A stretch of DNA of 49,609 nt from an archaeon (GCA_018651925.1 JABIDC010000002.1:1-49609); one strand, 5' to 3'. Counted from the stretch's first letter, positions 16,878 through 27,435 are shown. The notes: generated by a model not told the origin, from the sequence alone. Made by a program: numbers and translations.

Positions 16878-18515
16878 ATGATTAATTGTAAAAGAGGTTT
16901 ATCTACAATAGTGACTATGTTGTTAGTTATTTTATTCGCATTTATGATGGTGGCGATTGTTTGGGTTGCGATTAAAGGAACAATTGATGAAGGAACTGAA
17001 AAAATTACTTTGGATTCTACTTATCTTGATTTATCTATCTCCCAGGTTTTGGTTGATTCTTCGGGAATTTTGGTTAGTGTTGAAAGAGGAAATGGAAAAG
17101 GAGAATTGAATGCTTTAAAGTTTGTTGTTTCAGATGGAGTTAATTCAGAAGTGATCGATCTAAATAATGTTACTTTAGATGAATTGAATTTGAAAACTTT
17201 TAATCTGACTGGATATGAAGGAATTGTAAAAGAAATTTCTGTGGCACCTACTTTTTATGATGATAAAGGGAAAAGATTTGTTGGAGAAATAAAAGATACT
17301 TATCAGTTTGAAGAAGATGAAGTAATTAAAAATATTCCTGGAATTATTTCTTGGTGGAAATTTGATTCTGATGCTACTGATTCTGTTGGAAGAAATTATG
17401 CTGAGAAAGGAAATAATCCTGAATTTGTAGAGGGAAAGTTTGGGGGTGCAATTCAATTTGACTCAGCGGAATCAAGTCCCTCTTCAAATAATGATTATTT
17501 AGAATCTGATGGAACAGACTTACAAATTAGTGGAAATGAATTTAGTGCTTTTGCTTGGGTTAAAAGAAGAACGTTGGTGGACGCATCTAATCCTCCCCCT
17601 TTAGATCATCCTATGTATTTTATTAGTAATGGAAGAGATTCTGCTTCGGTTGGAGGATTTACATTACTTTTTTCTCAATGGGGAAATTATTTTCAATCAA
17701 TCATTGCTTTTGAAAACGCTACAGGGACATATAATAAACATGTGGGAGATATGGGGTTGGATGATCCTGTAAATGATTATGATTGGCATTTTTATGGAGT
17801 TATTTTTAATGGAACGAGGATGTCAAATTATATTGGTACTAAAGAAACTGGATTTTTTGATGTTTCTGGTACTTACATTCCTTCCACTGTTTCTTTTAAA
17901 ATGGGTGCGATGGGAAATAACCCCGATTACAATGGATTTAATGGGAGTTTGGATAATGTGATGGTTTTTGATAGGGCATTAACCTCTACAGAAGTTGAGG
18001 GTTTGTACAATTTTAATTTTGGAGGAACTTATTCTGAGCCTGAAGAAGAAAGTTATACTTGCGGAGTTATTAATAGTGGAACCTGCCAATCAAGCGGATG
18101 CGATCCGGACTGGGAACCAATGGGTTCTGGAACTTGTGGTTCCGGACAAGAATGTTGTAGCGAAATTGATTATGCTGCACTATGTAATAATGTAAATCTT
18201 GTACCCGTGCCTTATTCTGCTATTTGCTGGTATAGTGATGATTTGGGAGTAGATCTTTGTAATTTTACTATTCAAAGAAATGCTCCTGCTCAAGAGTATG
18301 CTGGAATGAAAATTCATTTTGAGGATTTTGATCGTAATGATGGAGGTAACTTTGAGTATCCCGGTGAAATTCCTGTTTCTGGAACCCGTTATGAAGAGAA
18401 TGTTATATTAGAAAATGAGATGGATGATCAAATATCGATGTTAATTCGTGCATATTTTGATACTGCTGCTGGAGAATATCTTTGCCCTGAAAGAGGTTAT
18501 TCTGTATTAGGATAA
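16878..18515 (+). CDS. Type IV pilin-like protein (class III signal peptide) with a LamG adhesin domain and a Cys-rich C-terminal region
   Basis: KRG|LSTIVTMLLVILFAFMMVAIVW class III signal. SWWKFD...GKFGGAIQFD...WHFYG...FNGSLDNVMVFDRALTSTEV LamG signature. Confidence 0.82.
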   Translation: MINCKRGLSTIVTMLLVILFAFMMVAIVWVAIKGTIDEGTEKITLDSTYLDLSISQVLVDSSGILVSVERGNGKGELNALKFVVSDGVNSEVIDLNNVTLDELNLKTFNLTGYEGIVKEISVAPTFYDDKGKRFVGEIKDTYQFEEDEVIKNIPGIISWWKFDSDATDSVGRNYAEKGNNPEFVEGKFGGAIQFDSAESSPSSNNDYLESDGTDLQISGNEFSAFAWVKRRTLVDASNPPPLDHPMYFISNGRDSASVGGFTLLFSQWGNYFQSIIAFENATGTYNKHVGDMGLDDPVNDYDWHFYGVIFNGTRMSNYIGTKETGFFDVSGTYIPSTVSFKMGAMGNNPDYNGFNGSLDNVMVFDRALTSTEVEGLYNFNFGGTYSEPEEESYTCGVINSGTCQSSGCDPDWEPMGSGTCGSGQECCSEIDYAALCNNVNLVPVPYSAICWYSDDLGVDLCNFTIQRNAPAQEYAGMKIHFEDFDRNDGGNFEYPGEIPVSGTRYEENVILENEMDDQISMLIRAYFDTAAGEYLCPERGYSVLG

Positions 18516-18530
18516 TTTTTTAGAATAATT

Positions 18531-20165
18531 TTATTCTTTTAGTTTTTCAAAAATTTCTTTTAAACTAATTTCAAATAATGCAACTGGCATTTTTATTTTC
18601 CAATTCTTTAAGATTTTAGGATGAATTTCTCCAAGGTATCCAATTATTTTTTCATCCAGAATTATTTTTGCCACTCTTCCATCTATAAAATGGTCTGGGA
18701 TTTTTGTTGGTTCTTTTAAGATTAAATTTAATCCGGTCATTTTATTGAGGTATTCTAATGATTGTTTGATGTCTGTAAAGTTTCCTGGGGTGATTGCACA
18801 ACTTAGGTGTTCGGTTTCTTTCAAATCTTCAGAGAATGTTTTTCCTATTTCAAATATTTTTTGAGGATATTCCGAGTCAATATTTTCAGAAAGAATTTTT
18901 AATAAATAATGAGTTAAATCTTTTCTTAATAAATTATATTCTGTTTTTGATTCAGCTATTTCTATTGCTCCTTTTTCTTGTTTTTCTGGGATTCCCATTT
19001 TTGTGAATTGATCTTTTTTCGCAGTTAAATGATAATTGGAAATTTCTAAGAATTCAATATTTGTTAAAATCGAAGAGATTTTTCTTTTTATTGTTTCTTG
19101 GAAATTTTCTTTTCCAATAGTGGAGATTTTTGGAATTATCGGTTCAAAATTTTCATATCCATATGCAATTGCAATGTCTTCAATTAAGTCCACTTCATGC
19201 AGGAGATCAGTTCTATAACTTGGACTTTTTACAATTCCATTATTATATTCATGGCCCATTTTTCCCAATAATTGTTTTATTGTTTTTTCTTCTAAATCTA
19301 ATCCTAGTAATTTATTTACATTTTTTATTGAAATTTTTGTTTTTTCTGGTTCTAAATTCGGAGTGGTTAAATTAGAATTAATTTCCATTTGATAGATTTT
19401 CCCCCCCATATCTGCAAAGGTTGTAACAAGAATATTCAAACATTTTTCTAAGGTTTCTTGATCGAATCCAGAGCATTCAATAAAAACTTCTTTTGTTTTC
19501 TTTGTAACTCTCCCAACTTTCTCAGAATTAATTATTGGGGGCATGCTTAGAATTTCTTTGTTTGAGTCAATGAATATTGGGAATTTTATTTTTCCTGCTA
19601 AAAGGTGAGCATAATCTCTTCCAGTCGGATGTCTTTGAAGTATTTCTAATCCAGTCATTTCTTTTTTTGATTCTAATGGTTGGAATCTGATTTGATCTGG
19701 TTCAAGCGCCTTGAAAGTTATGGGAAGTTTTATTTTTTCTAAAGGATAAATTCCAATTGCAATTTTTTTCCTTCTTCTCCCAATTGTTGTATGTAGCTTT
19801 TCTTGAATTTCTATAATTTCTTTTATTTTTTCATCATTTAATTTTAAATTTTTAATGATTGCACATGCAGTATGTGGCCTTATATTTTTTAAATTTGAAT
19901 CTACTTTTATTTTATAGTTTTTTTCTTTTGGAAATACTTTATATTTTTTAAGTCCAGTATTTTTCCCAAGGAATGCTAAAAAACTTCTTTTGAATCCTTG
20001 ATAAGATAAAAGATCTGGTCTGTTTGGGAAAATTTCTAATTCGATTTCATTGTCATCAAAGCTTTCAAGAGTTGTTCCAAAGAGAGCAATTTTCATTTGC
20101 ATTTCTTTTGTTAATTTCCCGATGTCTTTTTCAAATTCTTTTCTTGGTATTTTTATATTTGCCAT
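18531..20165 (-). CDS. pheT: Phenylalanyl-tRNA synthetase beta subunit (archaeal type)
   Basis: PNRPDLLS, QEKLH..IGRRRKKIAIG, LSMPPIINS, YRTDLLHEVDLIEDIAIAYGY, GEIHP. Confidence 0.95.
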   Translation of the reverse strand: MANIKIPRKEFEKDIGKLTKEMQMKIALFGTTLESFDDNEIELEIFPNRPDLLSYQGFKRSFLAFLGKNTGLKKYKVFPKEKNYKIKVDSNLKNIRPHTACAIIKNLKLNDEKIKEIIEIQEKLHTTIGRRRKKIAIGIYPLEKIKLPITFKALEPDQIRFQPLESKKEMTGLEILQRHPTGRDYAHLLAGKIKFPIFIDSNKEILSMPPIINSEKVGRVTKKTKEVFIECSGFDQETLEKCLNILVTTFADMGGKIYQMEINSNLTTPNLEPEKTKISIKNVNKLLGLDLEEKTIKQLLGKMGHEYNNGIVKSPSYRTDLLHEVDLIEDIAIAYGYENFEPIIPKISTIGKENFQETIKRKISSILTNIEFLEISNYHLTAKKDQFTKMGIPEKQEKGAIEIAESKTEYNLLRKDLTHYLLKILSENIDSEYPQKIFEIGKTFSEDLKETEHLSCAITPGNFTDIKQSLEYLNKMTGLNLILKEPTKIPDHFIDGRVAKIILDEKIIGYLGEIHPKILKNWKIKMPVALFEISLKEIFEKLKE

Positions 20166-20170
20166 TTTAT

Positions 20171-21676
20171 TTATTTCATTAAGTATTTTGTTTTTCTTAA
20201 TTGAGTTAGGTTGTTTTTATATAATTCTCGCATATCTTTTATGTCGAACATTTTCATAATCATTCTATCGAATCCAGGTCCCCAAGCGAGTACGGGGATT
20301 GGTTTTCCTAAGAGAGGTTCTGTTACTTCTGGACGGAATATTCCTGCTGCAAAGATTTCTACCCACTCTTGCCTTTCTTCATTCCAAACATCTCCTTCTA
20401 GGCTTGGTTCGGTATAAGGAAAATATGCTGGTCTAAATCTAATCTTCTCAAATCCCATTTTCTTTGCGAATTGTTTTAGGTAACCTAATAGGTGTCCAAA
20501 GTTTGCATTTGGATCTATTACAATTCCTTCTGTTTGATTAAATTCAAATCCATGAGACCAATCGACGGTTTCATTTCTAAAGCATTTTCCTACGGAGAAA
20601 AACTTTTTAGGTAAATCTTCTTCTTTTAATTTGGATAAGGTTTGAGAAGATAAGCAGGTTGTATGGGTCCTTAATACCATTTGTTTAGAAAGTTCTTCAT
20701 CCCATCGATATCTCCATCCTTTGCTCCCTTCGCTTCCTTCTTCATGAGAGATTTTTATTTTTTCAATCAATTCTTTTGCGGGGAGAGTTGCTTTTTTGTC
20801 TATAAAGAATGTATCTTGCATTTCTCTTACTGGATGATCTTGGGCAGTAAATAATGCATCAAAGTTCCAGAACGAGCTTACAATCATGTCCCCACTCATT
20901 TCTTCAAATCCCATCTCAGTCCATACTTTTCTAGCATAATCTAATGCTTGATTTACAAAATGTCTTTTTCCGCCATTTATTTTTGGTAAAGGAGAAGTCA
21001 CATCATATCTTCTAAATTTTTTTCCTTTCCAGTTTGATTCTTTTTTTAATAAGTCTGGAGTTATTTGTTCAATTAAATTTTTATTTTCAAATTTCTCTTT
21101 TGATATCTTTTTACCAATTTCTGTTAGGTTAATTTTTATTTTTTTATTTTCAATAATTTCTACAAGATCTTTTCTTGATTGAAGTGATTTTAATGCAAAC
21201 ATTTGTTCGGGGCTCAATTTTTCATATTCAATTGGAAGTTTCTCTAGGAATATTTCTTCAAGAGTTTTTTTTGAAATTTCTTCTTTATTTGAATTAAAGA
21301 TTATTTTTCCGTTATTCAAGTCAATTAATGCTTTTTTCTTTAATACTCCAATCGAAGCTTTGAATTCATCGTCAGATAATTTGCTTTCTTTTTTCGCTTC
21401 TTTTAGTGGGATGATTCTTTTTTCGCTTAATAAGTTTAGAAGTCTTCTTTCTGGTAATCCTTTTTTTATGTAAAGTGCCCCATTTACCCCAATTTCAATT
21501 ATTTTTGTTTTTGTTGTGATAACTTCAATTATTTTTTTATTTTGAAGATATTCTAATGCTCTTAATACTGAAATTTTGTCTAGATTTGATTTTTTGCATA
21601 TTTGAACTAATGATTCTTCCAAATGAGGAATTATTTTTCTTTCGTGTGGGCTTAATGAGTCAAGTAGTTTTTGCAT
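20171..21676 (-). CDS. pheS: Phenylalanyl-tRNA synthetase alpha subunit (archaeal type)
   Basis: FWNFDALFTAQDHPVREMQDTFF, LRTHTT, FRNETVDWSH..EFNQTEG, YFPYTEPS, GIFRPE, AWGPG. Confidence 0.96.
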   Translation of the reverse strand: MQKLLDSLSPHERKIIPHLEESLVQICKKSNLDKISVLRALEYLQNKKIIEVITTKTKIIEIGVNGALYIKKGLPERRLLNLLSEKRIIPLKEAKKESKLSDDEFKASIGVLKKKALIDLNNGKIIFNSNKEEISKKTLEEIFLEKLPIEYEKLSPEQMFALKSLQSRKDLVEIIENKKIKINLTEIGKKISKEKFENKNLIEQITPDLLKKESNWKGKKFRRYDVTSPLPKINGGKRHFVNQALDYARKVWTEMGFEEMSGDMIVSSFWNFDALFTAQDHPVREMQDTFFIDKKATLPAKELIEKIKISHEEGSEGSKGWRYRWDEELSKQMVLRTHTTCLSSQTLSKLKEEDLPKKFFSVGKCFRNETVDWSHGFEFNQTEGIVIDPNANFGHLLGYLKQFAKKMGFEKIRFRPAYFPYTEPSLEGDVWNEERQEWVEIFAAGIFRPEVTEPLLGKPIPVLAWGPGFDRMIMKMFDIKDMRELYKNNLTQLRKTKYLMK

Positions 21677-21787
21677 GTTTTAAGGAGATTAATTTAGATT
21701 AAAAATGTTTTTAATTTTATTTGCTTTTAAAAATAATATAAATGATATAATCAAAAGACTTTTTAATGAAGATTAATTGTATTATTT

Positions 21788-22369
21788 ATGGTGGTGGAAT
21801 TTATTGGGGATTCTCTTTTATTGTGGGTTTCCTTACTTCCTTTTCCTTTTACTAATTTTGTTTTACTTTGGACAATGTTCCCTGCTTATCTTAATGGATT
21901 TCTTTCAAGTTTGTATTCAAAACCCTCTAATTCTTCTGCCGTTTTTGCAGGAGTTGTTGCTTGGTGGGCTGGAGCAGATTGGATTCGAAGTTATTTAGAG
22001 ATGAGGGTTTTTGCAGAACAGATAAACTGGATTATTGCTATTTTATTTTGTGTTTATGGTTTTATTGCAATTATAATTGGAGTTACAAAAAAAGAAAAAC
22101 TTTATTTTATTTTTGGAAAAAGAGATATTCTTACTTATTTGATTTTGTCTTTTTATCCTGTTCAAATTGGATACCTTAAACTTGGGGAAGAACTTCTTTT
22201 TGCAATTCTTATAGCATTTATTCCTTTCATGATTGTTTTGGGGATTTTATCTTTTGTTTTTAGAAAAATTTTAAGAACAGATGAATCTACTCCTTCTAGT
22301 TCTTCTTTTCCTTCGAATAAACGTTTTAATAAAATTAAACAAGTTCCCTTTCGTAAGAAAAAGTTTTGA
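21788..22369 (+). CDS. Multi-pass membrane protein, unknown function
   Basis: About 5-6 hydrophobic segments and a basic C-terminus. Confidence 0.65.
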   Translation: MVVEFIGDSLLLWVSLLPFPFTNFVLLWTMFPAYLNGFLSSLYSKPSNSSAVFAGVVAWWAGADWIRSYLEMRVFAEQINWIIAILFCVYGFIAIIIGVTKKEKLYFIFGKRDILTYLILSFYPVQIGYLKLGEELLFAILIAFIPFMIVLGILSFVFRKILRTDESTPSSSSFPSNKRFNKIKQVPFRKKKF

Positions 22370-22807
22370 TTAAAATTCTTTGAACATCCAGGTTGGCATT
22401 CCCAAGGCGAGTCCAAGAGATTTTAGATCTGTAGAATTTCTTTTGTGTTTTTCTTCAATAAATGTCATGTTGAGCTTATTTTTGTTGCAGAGGAATATAT
22501 TTTGTTTTACTCGTGCTAAGATTAATGATTTGTCTTTTGGATTTGAATTAATTATTTCATCTAAGTTAATTCCAATTGTGACTTTTCCTTTTTTTGCAAT
22601 TTTTGCCATTACTTGATTTAATCCGGAATTTCTTTGTTTTTGATAATCTTTTCTTTTATCCTGATTAATTAATAAAATATCAATTTTTTCTTTTTCCAGC
22701 ACTTTTCTATTCAAGTCATCATCTTCTGAAGAAAAGATAATCGGTTTTTCTGATTTTTTTAGAAGAGTTCTTAATTTTTGATAATTTGTTTCTGTGATTA
22801 TTTTCAT
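22370..22807 (-). CDS. rnp3: Ribonuclease P protein subunit p30 (Rpp30), short form
   Basis: LNRKVLEKEKIDIL, RNSGLNQVMAKIAKKGKVTIGINL, RNSTDLKSLGLALGM. Confidence 0.8.
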   Translation of the reverse strand: MKIITETNYQKLRTLLKKSEKPIIFSSEDDDLNRKVLEKEKIDILLINQDKRKDYQKQRNSGLNQVMAKIAKKGKVTIGINLDEIINSNPKDKSLILARVKQNIFLCNKNKLNMTFIEEKHKRNSTDLKSLGLALGMPTWMFKEF

Positions 22808-22837
22808 AATTAGAATAAGTGAAAAGGGTTTTTAATT

Positions 22838-23527
22838 TTAACCTTGAATCGTTGTCCCAATAAATTTTTTATTATTTAGAAAATTATCAAGTTGTTTTGT
22901 ATCTTGTCCCAAAATGAATGTTGGGAGATTATATTTTTTTATCATTTTTGATGCAGTTTGATCTAGAACGAAATGCTGTCCTGGTTTGAAAGTCATTTTC
23001 TGAGCTAAGTTGTCAAAATCTTTCCATGAAATTTTTTCAATAAATTTTGCATCTTTGTATTTTTTAGGGTTTTTTGTGTAGAGTCCTTTTACATTTGTTA
23101 AATTAATAAATTTTGTTTTGAAGTGTTTTGCAACTAATGCTGCTGTTGAATCTGAAGTTTGATTTGGTTTATATTCAAGTGCTCCGCAAAAAATTATGTT
23201 GTGGTTTTTTATTCTTTTTTCAACTAATTCCATTGTGTGGGGTATTCCTTCTTTTGGGTCGAGATTAAAAAAATAACTCATGAATCTTGCATTCATTCTT
23301 GTTGTTCCAATTCCGGCAAAACTTTGAAGTGTTTCGTTTGTTTTGTTCTTTTTTAATGCAGCTATGTATTTTCTAGCAATGCTTCCACCACCACAAACAA
23401 AAATGAATTTGTATTTTTTAGTGTGTTTTAGAACTATTTTTTTTAGCTTTTCTAAATATCTATAATCTACTTCCTCTGGGATAATTAAACTTCCTCCTAG
23501 GCTTAAAACAATTATTTCTTTTTTCAT
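22838..23527 (-). CDS. pyrH: UMP kinase (archaeal type)
   Basis: VLSLGGS, VCGGGSIARKYI, GIGTTRMNA, TSDSTAA, NLTNVKGLYTKNPKK, GTTI. Confidence 0.92.
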   Translation of the reverse strand: MKKEIIVLSLGGSLIIPEEVDYRYLEKLKKIVLKHTKKYKFIFVCGGGSIARKYIAALKKNKTNETLQSFAGIGTTRMNARFMSYFFNLDPKEGIPHTMELVEKRIKNHNIIFCGALEYKPNQTSDSTAALVAKHFKTKFINLTNVKGLYTKNPKKYKDAKFIEKISWKDFDNLAQKMTFKPGQHFVLDQTASKMIKKYNLPTFILGQDTKQLDNFLNNKKFIGTTIQG

Positions 23528-23808
23528 TTTATTGTAAATAGTTTATCATCGTGAACATCAAAGACATCTAACCTTACTCCAGAGTCTATCCATCCATGTG
23601 CATAATTTAGGGCTGCGAAGGCGTTCACGAAGTCTTTATTTGATTCAAAGTGTTTTGCATCAGAGAAATAGTTTTCAACCATGTCGATAATTTCTTTTGC
23701 ATAGTTTTCTTTTCCTTTTATTATATTTTTTTTAACTTCAATTAGCGCCCTATTTGTCACATCAAAATATTTTGCAAGTTTTTCTTTTGTTATTTTATCT
23801 TCTGGCAT
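23524..23808 (-). CDS. DUF357-family protein
   Basis: MVENYFSDAKHF...DFVNAFAALNYAHGWIDSGVRL. Confidence 0.8.
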   Translation of the reverse strand: MPEDKITKEKLAKYFDVTNRALIEVKKNIIKGKENYAKEIIDMVENYFSDAKHFESNKDFVNAFAALNYAHGWIDSGVRLDVFDVHDDKLFTIK

Positions 23809-24457
23809 AGGAATACCTCATTTGGTTCATTTGTGGAGTCATTTTTTTAATTATGAATTTTGAGTTAACAAGTTCAGAGATTATTGCAGACAGGATTAAC
23901 CTTCCTGCGACAACCTTTACAACTCCTTCTTTGATTGGGATTTTTGTTGCTTTAGAGAAAGATTCAAAGATTCCTTCTATCTCTTCTTTTGTTAATGAAA
24001 TTGAGGTGTTTTTTGTTCCCATTGCTCCCCTCACAATAATTGGTTTTCCTGGGCCGTTGCATTCAATCTCTTTTACCATTTGATCTTTAACTAATGGATT
24101 TAATTTTTCTAAATCTATTTCTTCTTTTCCAATTTGCGGCCTTAAGTGTTGAAGATTTGTTGGAAGAGGATAATTCGGGATGATTATTTTTTCTACTGAG
24201 GTTAGAGGAGATTTTCTTATTATTTTTGAAGGAGGAAGTTGTTTGAATGTTTGTCTTATTTTTGGTTTTTCTATTTCAATTATTTTTTCTTTTATCTTTT
24301 TTTCTTCAATCTCTTTTTTTTCTTTTTCTAATTTTTGTTTTTCAATTATTTTTTCTAATTCTAAGAAATATTCTTTATTTGATTCTTTAATTAATTCTTT
24401 TGTGAATTTTAAAATAAATTTTCTTTTAAATTCAAGAGAAGTATTTTCCAAATACAT
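23795..24457 (-). CDS. Protein carrying the N-terminal domain of a VirB11/FlaI-like secretion ATPase but no ATPase domain
   Basis: LEKLNPLVKDQMVKEIECNGPGKPIIV...SKFIIKK resembles GKIEPLLxDPxIEDIxCNGP...FTIRK. No Walker A motif. Confidence 0.55.
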   Translation of the reverse strand: MYLENTSLEFKRKFILKFTKELIKESNKEYFLELEKIIEKQKLEKEKKEIEEKKIKEKIIEIEKPKIRQTFKQLPPSKIIRKSPLTSVEKIIIPNYPLPTNLQHLRPQIGKEEIDLEKLNPLVKDQMVKEIECNGPGKPIIVRGAMGTKNTSISLTKEEIEGIFESFSKATKIPIKEGVVKVVAGRLILSAIISELVNSKFIIKKMTPQMNQMRYSYARR

Positions 24458-24458
24458 T

Positions 24459-25061
24459 TTATTGATTAGAGATAGATTTTTGATAATTTTCTAAATCCAA
24501 TCCGAATTTATCTTTTTTCTCAATTGGTTGATTTTCTACTGGTTTTGGAAAAGGAATTTTTTGTACAGCGGGAATTTGATTTGGTGTTGGAGGAATCATT
24601 TGTGGAGGCATTTGTTTAGGTTCTGTTGGTTTTGGAATATATGTTCCAGGAGATTCTTCTGGATGTGGAACTTTTTCGTGCATTAAGGATAATCCTCTTG
24701 CAAGAACTTTATTTTGATCTGCTAATCCTTCTAATTTTTTCATTATTTCTTCAGACTCAGGATTAATATTCAAATTTCCCATTTCTTTCTCAGAAAGAGA
24801 TTGTGCAGCTAATTCAAATGTGCTTAATAATTTTTTTATATTTTCTGAAAGATCTTCGAATTTAATAGATAATCCCACCATTACTTTTTGTAATGAGACA
24901 AAATTTTCAATTAACATTTTTTCTACTCGAACATCATTTTCATGTTTGACTCTTTTTACTCTCCTAGTAGTTATTTTTCTGGCTGGTTTTTTCTTAACAG
25001 TCTTTTTCTTAGTAATTTTTTTCTTAGTAGTTTTAGAAGTTGTTTTCTTTTTTGTCACCAT
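24459..25061 (-). CDS. Hypothetical protein (basic N-terminus, coiled coil, Pro-rich tail)
   Basis: Long ORF in an operon with neighbouring minus-strand genes. Confidence 0.7.
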   Translation of the reverse strand: MVTKKKTTSKTTKKKITKKKTVKKKPARKITTRRVKRVKHENDVRVEKMLIENFVSLQKVMVGLSIKFEDLSENIKKLLSTFELAAQSLSEKEMGNLNINPESEEIMKKLEGLADQNKVLARGLSLMHEKVPHPEESPGTYIPKPTEPKQMPPQMIPPTPNQIPAVQKIPFPKPVENQPIEKKDKFGLDLENYQKSISNQ

Positions 25062-25101
25062 ACTTTATTGAGGGGAAATGTATTTATAAAACTTTTTAGA
25101 A

Positions 25102-27435
25102 TTAATTTTCGTTGTTTTCTTTTTCTTCTGGCTGATATTGCCTTGGTTCTTTATCTGTTCCTTTAATTGCAGTTTGTTCTAATTCATAAACATAATCTGA
25201 TATTTCTTTTGCAACATCCGCATTTACGCTTATGCTATCAATCCCATTTTCAATTAAGAATTTTACCATTTCTTTTTTACTTCCAGCTTGTCCACAAATG
25301 CTTGTTTCAACCTTCATTCTTTTACAGACCCTAATTACATAACCTATTTGATATAAGACTGCTGGATGCATTTCATTGTAAAGATGTTGAACTGCTTTGT
25401 TTCCCCTATCTAATGCTAAAATATATTGAGTTAAATCATTTGTTCCAAAAGAAATAAAGTCAATTCCTTCTTCACAAATTTCTTTAATTAATTGAACTGC
25501 CGCGGGAGTTTCAACCATTACTCCAACTCGTGCTTCATTAAATTCAACTTCTTTTAGAAATTGTTTAAGTTTTTGAACTTCTTCTACAGAGATTACTTGC
25601 GGAGATAAAATTCCTACTTTCTTTCCTTGTGCTGCTCTTTTCAATCCCTTTAATTCGGCTTTGAATAATTCTGGATGGATAATTCCATATCTTATTCCAT
25701 GCATACCTAACATCGGATTTGCTTCAGTTTCTTTTGGTGCCCCTTCAAGATTTGAATATTCATCGCTTCTAATGTCTGAAGTTCTAACCCAAACTTCTTC
25801 AAATTCTTTAACAATTTCTGAAATTCCTTTGTAGATTAATTCTTCGTATTCCTCAACTTTATTATTTTTTAAATAATATTCTGGGTGTTTTCCTCCTTCA
25901 GCGATTATTCCTTCGACCCTTGTTAATCCAACTTTAGTTAGATTTGTTTTTGCAGCTCTTTTTGCAAATGTTGGTAAATCCACTATTACTTTTATTTTTG
26001 TTTTAGTTTTTGCAGTTACAGGTAATACTTCTTTTTTTTGTGTTCCTCCAGCAATTGCTCCCTTGTAGATTTTTCCTGTATATCCATCTACAGTAACCGT
26101 ATCATTTTCTTTCAAATCTTTTGTTGCAGTTTCTGTTCCAACAATTGCGGGAATTCCCATTTCTCTTGAGACTATTGCAGCATGAGCAGTTAATCCTCCT
26201 TGGTCTGTTACAATCGCAGTTGCTTTTTGCATTGAGACTACCATGTCCGGGTTAGTCATTTTTGTAACTAAAATATCTCCTTCCTTTATTTTAGGCAAAT
26301 CTGCTAAATCATTAATTATTTTTACTGTTCCCACTCCAATTCCAGGGGATGCTGCAAGTCCGGTTAAAATTACTTCTCCAGAAAGTTCTTTTGATTCTTT
26401 TTCTTCACCAATTCTCTTTTCCATTGTAGTTATTGGTCTTGTTTGAACAATAAAAATGTCTTCTCCTTCAATAGCAAATTCTATATCTTGAGGAGATTTG
26501 TAATGGTGTTCTAAGTCTAAAGCTATTTGTGCTAATTTTTTCATTTCATAGGTTTTCAATACTTGTTGTTTTGATTTTTCTTCTGTTAGGTTTACTTTTA
26601 ATTTTCCCCCTCCAGAATTTCTTGTGATTGCTACTTTTTTATCTGCAATTTTTTTATCTGTGATTTCCATATTTCTTGAAATAATATATTTGTCTGGAGT
26701 AATTAATCCTGAAACAATTCCTTCCCCTAATCCCCAAACAGCTTCTATAATTATATTTTCATTATCATATGATGGATCTTTTGAAAAGATTACTCCAGAT
26801 TTTTCAGAATCAACCATTTTCTGAACTACTACTGCTAAGCTTGCTTCCTCATATTTGAACCCTTGTTTATTTCGATAATATGTTGCTCTTGCCGTGAAAA
26901 GAGAAGCAAAACATTTTTTTATATGAAGAATTAAATCTGAATTTCCTTTTACGTTAAGGAATGAATCTTGTTGTCCTGCAAAACTAGCCTCTGCTAAATC
27001 TTCTGTTGTTGCACTGCTTCTTACTGCCACGAAAACTGGTTCGGAACTTTTTAGTATGTCTAATGCTCTATAGTTTGATTCATTGAATTTTGGTGTATCA
27101 AGATGATCGTAACTTTCTAAAATTTCTGTTTCCATTTCTTTTGGCATTTTTGCTTTAGTAATTAAATTTCTAATTTCTTCTGTTACAGAATTAAGTTTGG
27201 TTGTGTCTTCGTAATTTAAGTTTTCTAGAAGAGCTTTAATTTTTTCATTTAACTTTGATTTTTTAATAAAATAATCGTAAGCTTGAGCAGTCACAACAAA
27301 TCCTGGAGGCACTGCAACTCCTAAATTAAAAATTTCAGATAAATTTGCTCCTTTTCCTCCGACGAGTTTTCCAGAGTCTTTATTCATTTCAGAAAACCAT
27401 TTTACGAAATCTGTTTTCTCACCTTTTTTTTGCAT
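25102..27435 (-). CDS. ppsA: Phosphoenolpyruvate synthase (pyruvate, water dikinase)
   Basis: VGGKGANL, VAVRSSATTEDLAEASFAGQQ, IVQTRPIT, phospho-His GGLTAHAAIVSRE, EANPMLGMHGIR, SFGTNDLTQY, SICGQA. Confidence 0.96.
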   Translation of the reverse strand: MQKKGEKTDFVKWFSEMNKDSGKLVGGKGANLSEIFNLGVAVPPGFVVTAQAYDYFIKKSKLNEKIKALLENLNYEDTTKLNSVTEEIRNLITKAKMPKEMETEILESYDHLDTPKFNESNYRALDILKSSEPVFVAVRSSATTEDLAEASFAGQQDSFLNVKGNSDLILHIKKCFASLFTARATYYRNKQGFKYEEASLAVVVQKMVDSEKSGVIFSKDPSYDNENIIIEAVWGLGEGIVSGLITPDKYIISRNMEITDKKIADKKVAITRNSGGGKLKVNLTEEKSKQQVLKTYEMKKLAQIALDLEHHYKSPQDIEFAIEGEDIFIVQTRPITTMEKRIGEEKESKELSGEVILTGLAASPGIGVGTVKIINDLADLPKIKEGDILVTKMTNPDMVVSMQKATAIVTDQGGLTAHAAIVSREMGIPAIVGTETATKDLKENDTVTVDGYTGKIYKGAIAGGTQKKEVLPVTAKTKTKIKVIVDLPTFAKRAAKTNLTKVGLTRVEGIIAEGGKHPEYYLKNNKVEEYEELIYKGISEIVKEFEEVWVRTSDIRSDEYSNLEGAPKETEANPMLGMHGIRYGIIHPELFKAELKGLKRAAQGKKVGILSPQVISVEEVQKLKQFLKEVEFNEARVGVMVETPAAVQLIKEICEEGIDFISFGTNDLTQYILALDRGNKAVQHLYNEMHPAVLYQIGYVIRVCKRMKVETSICGQAGSKKEMVKFLIENGIDSISVNADVAKEISDYVYELEQTAIKGTDKEPRQYQPEEKENNEN

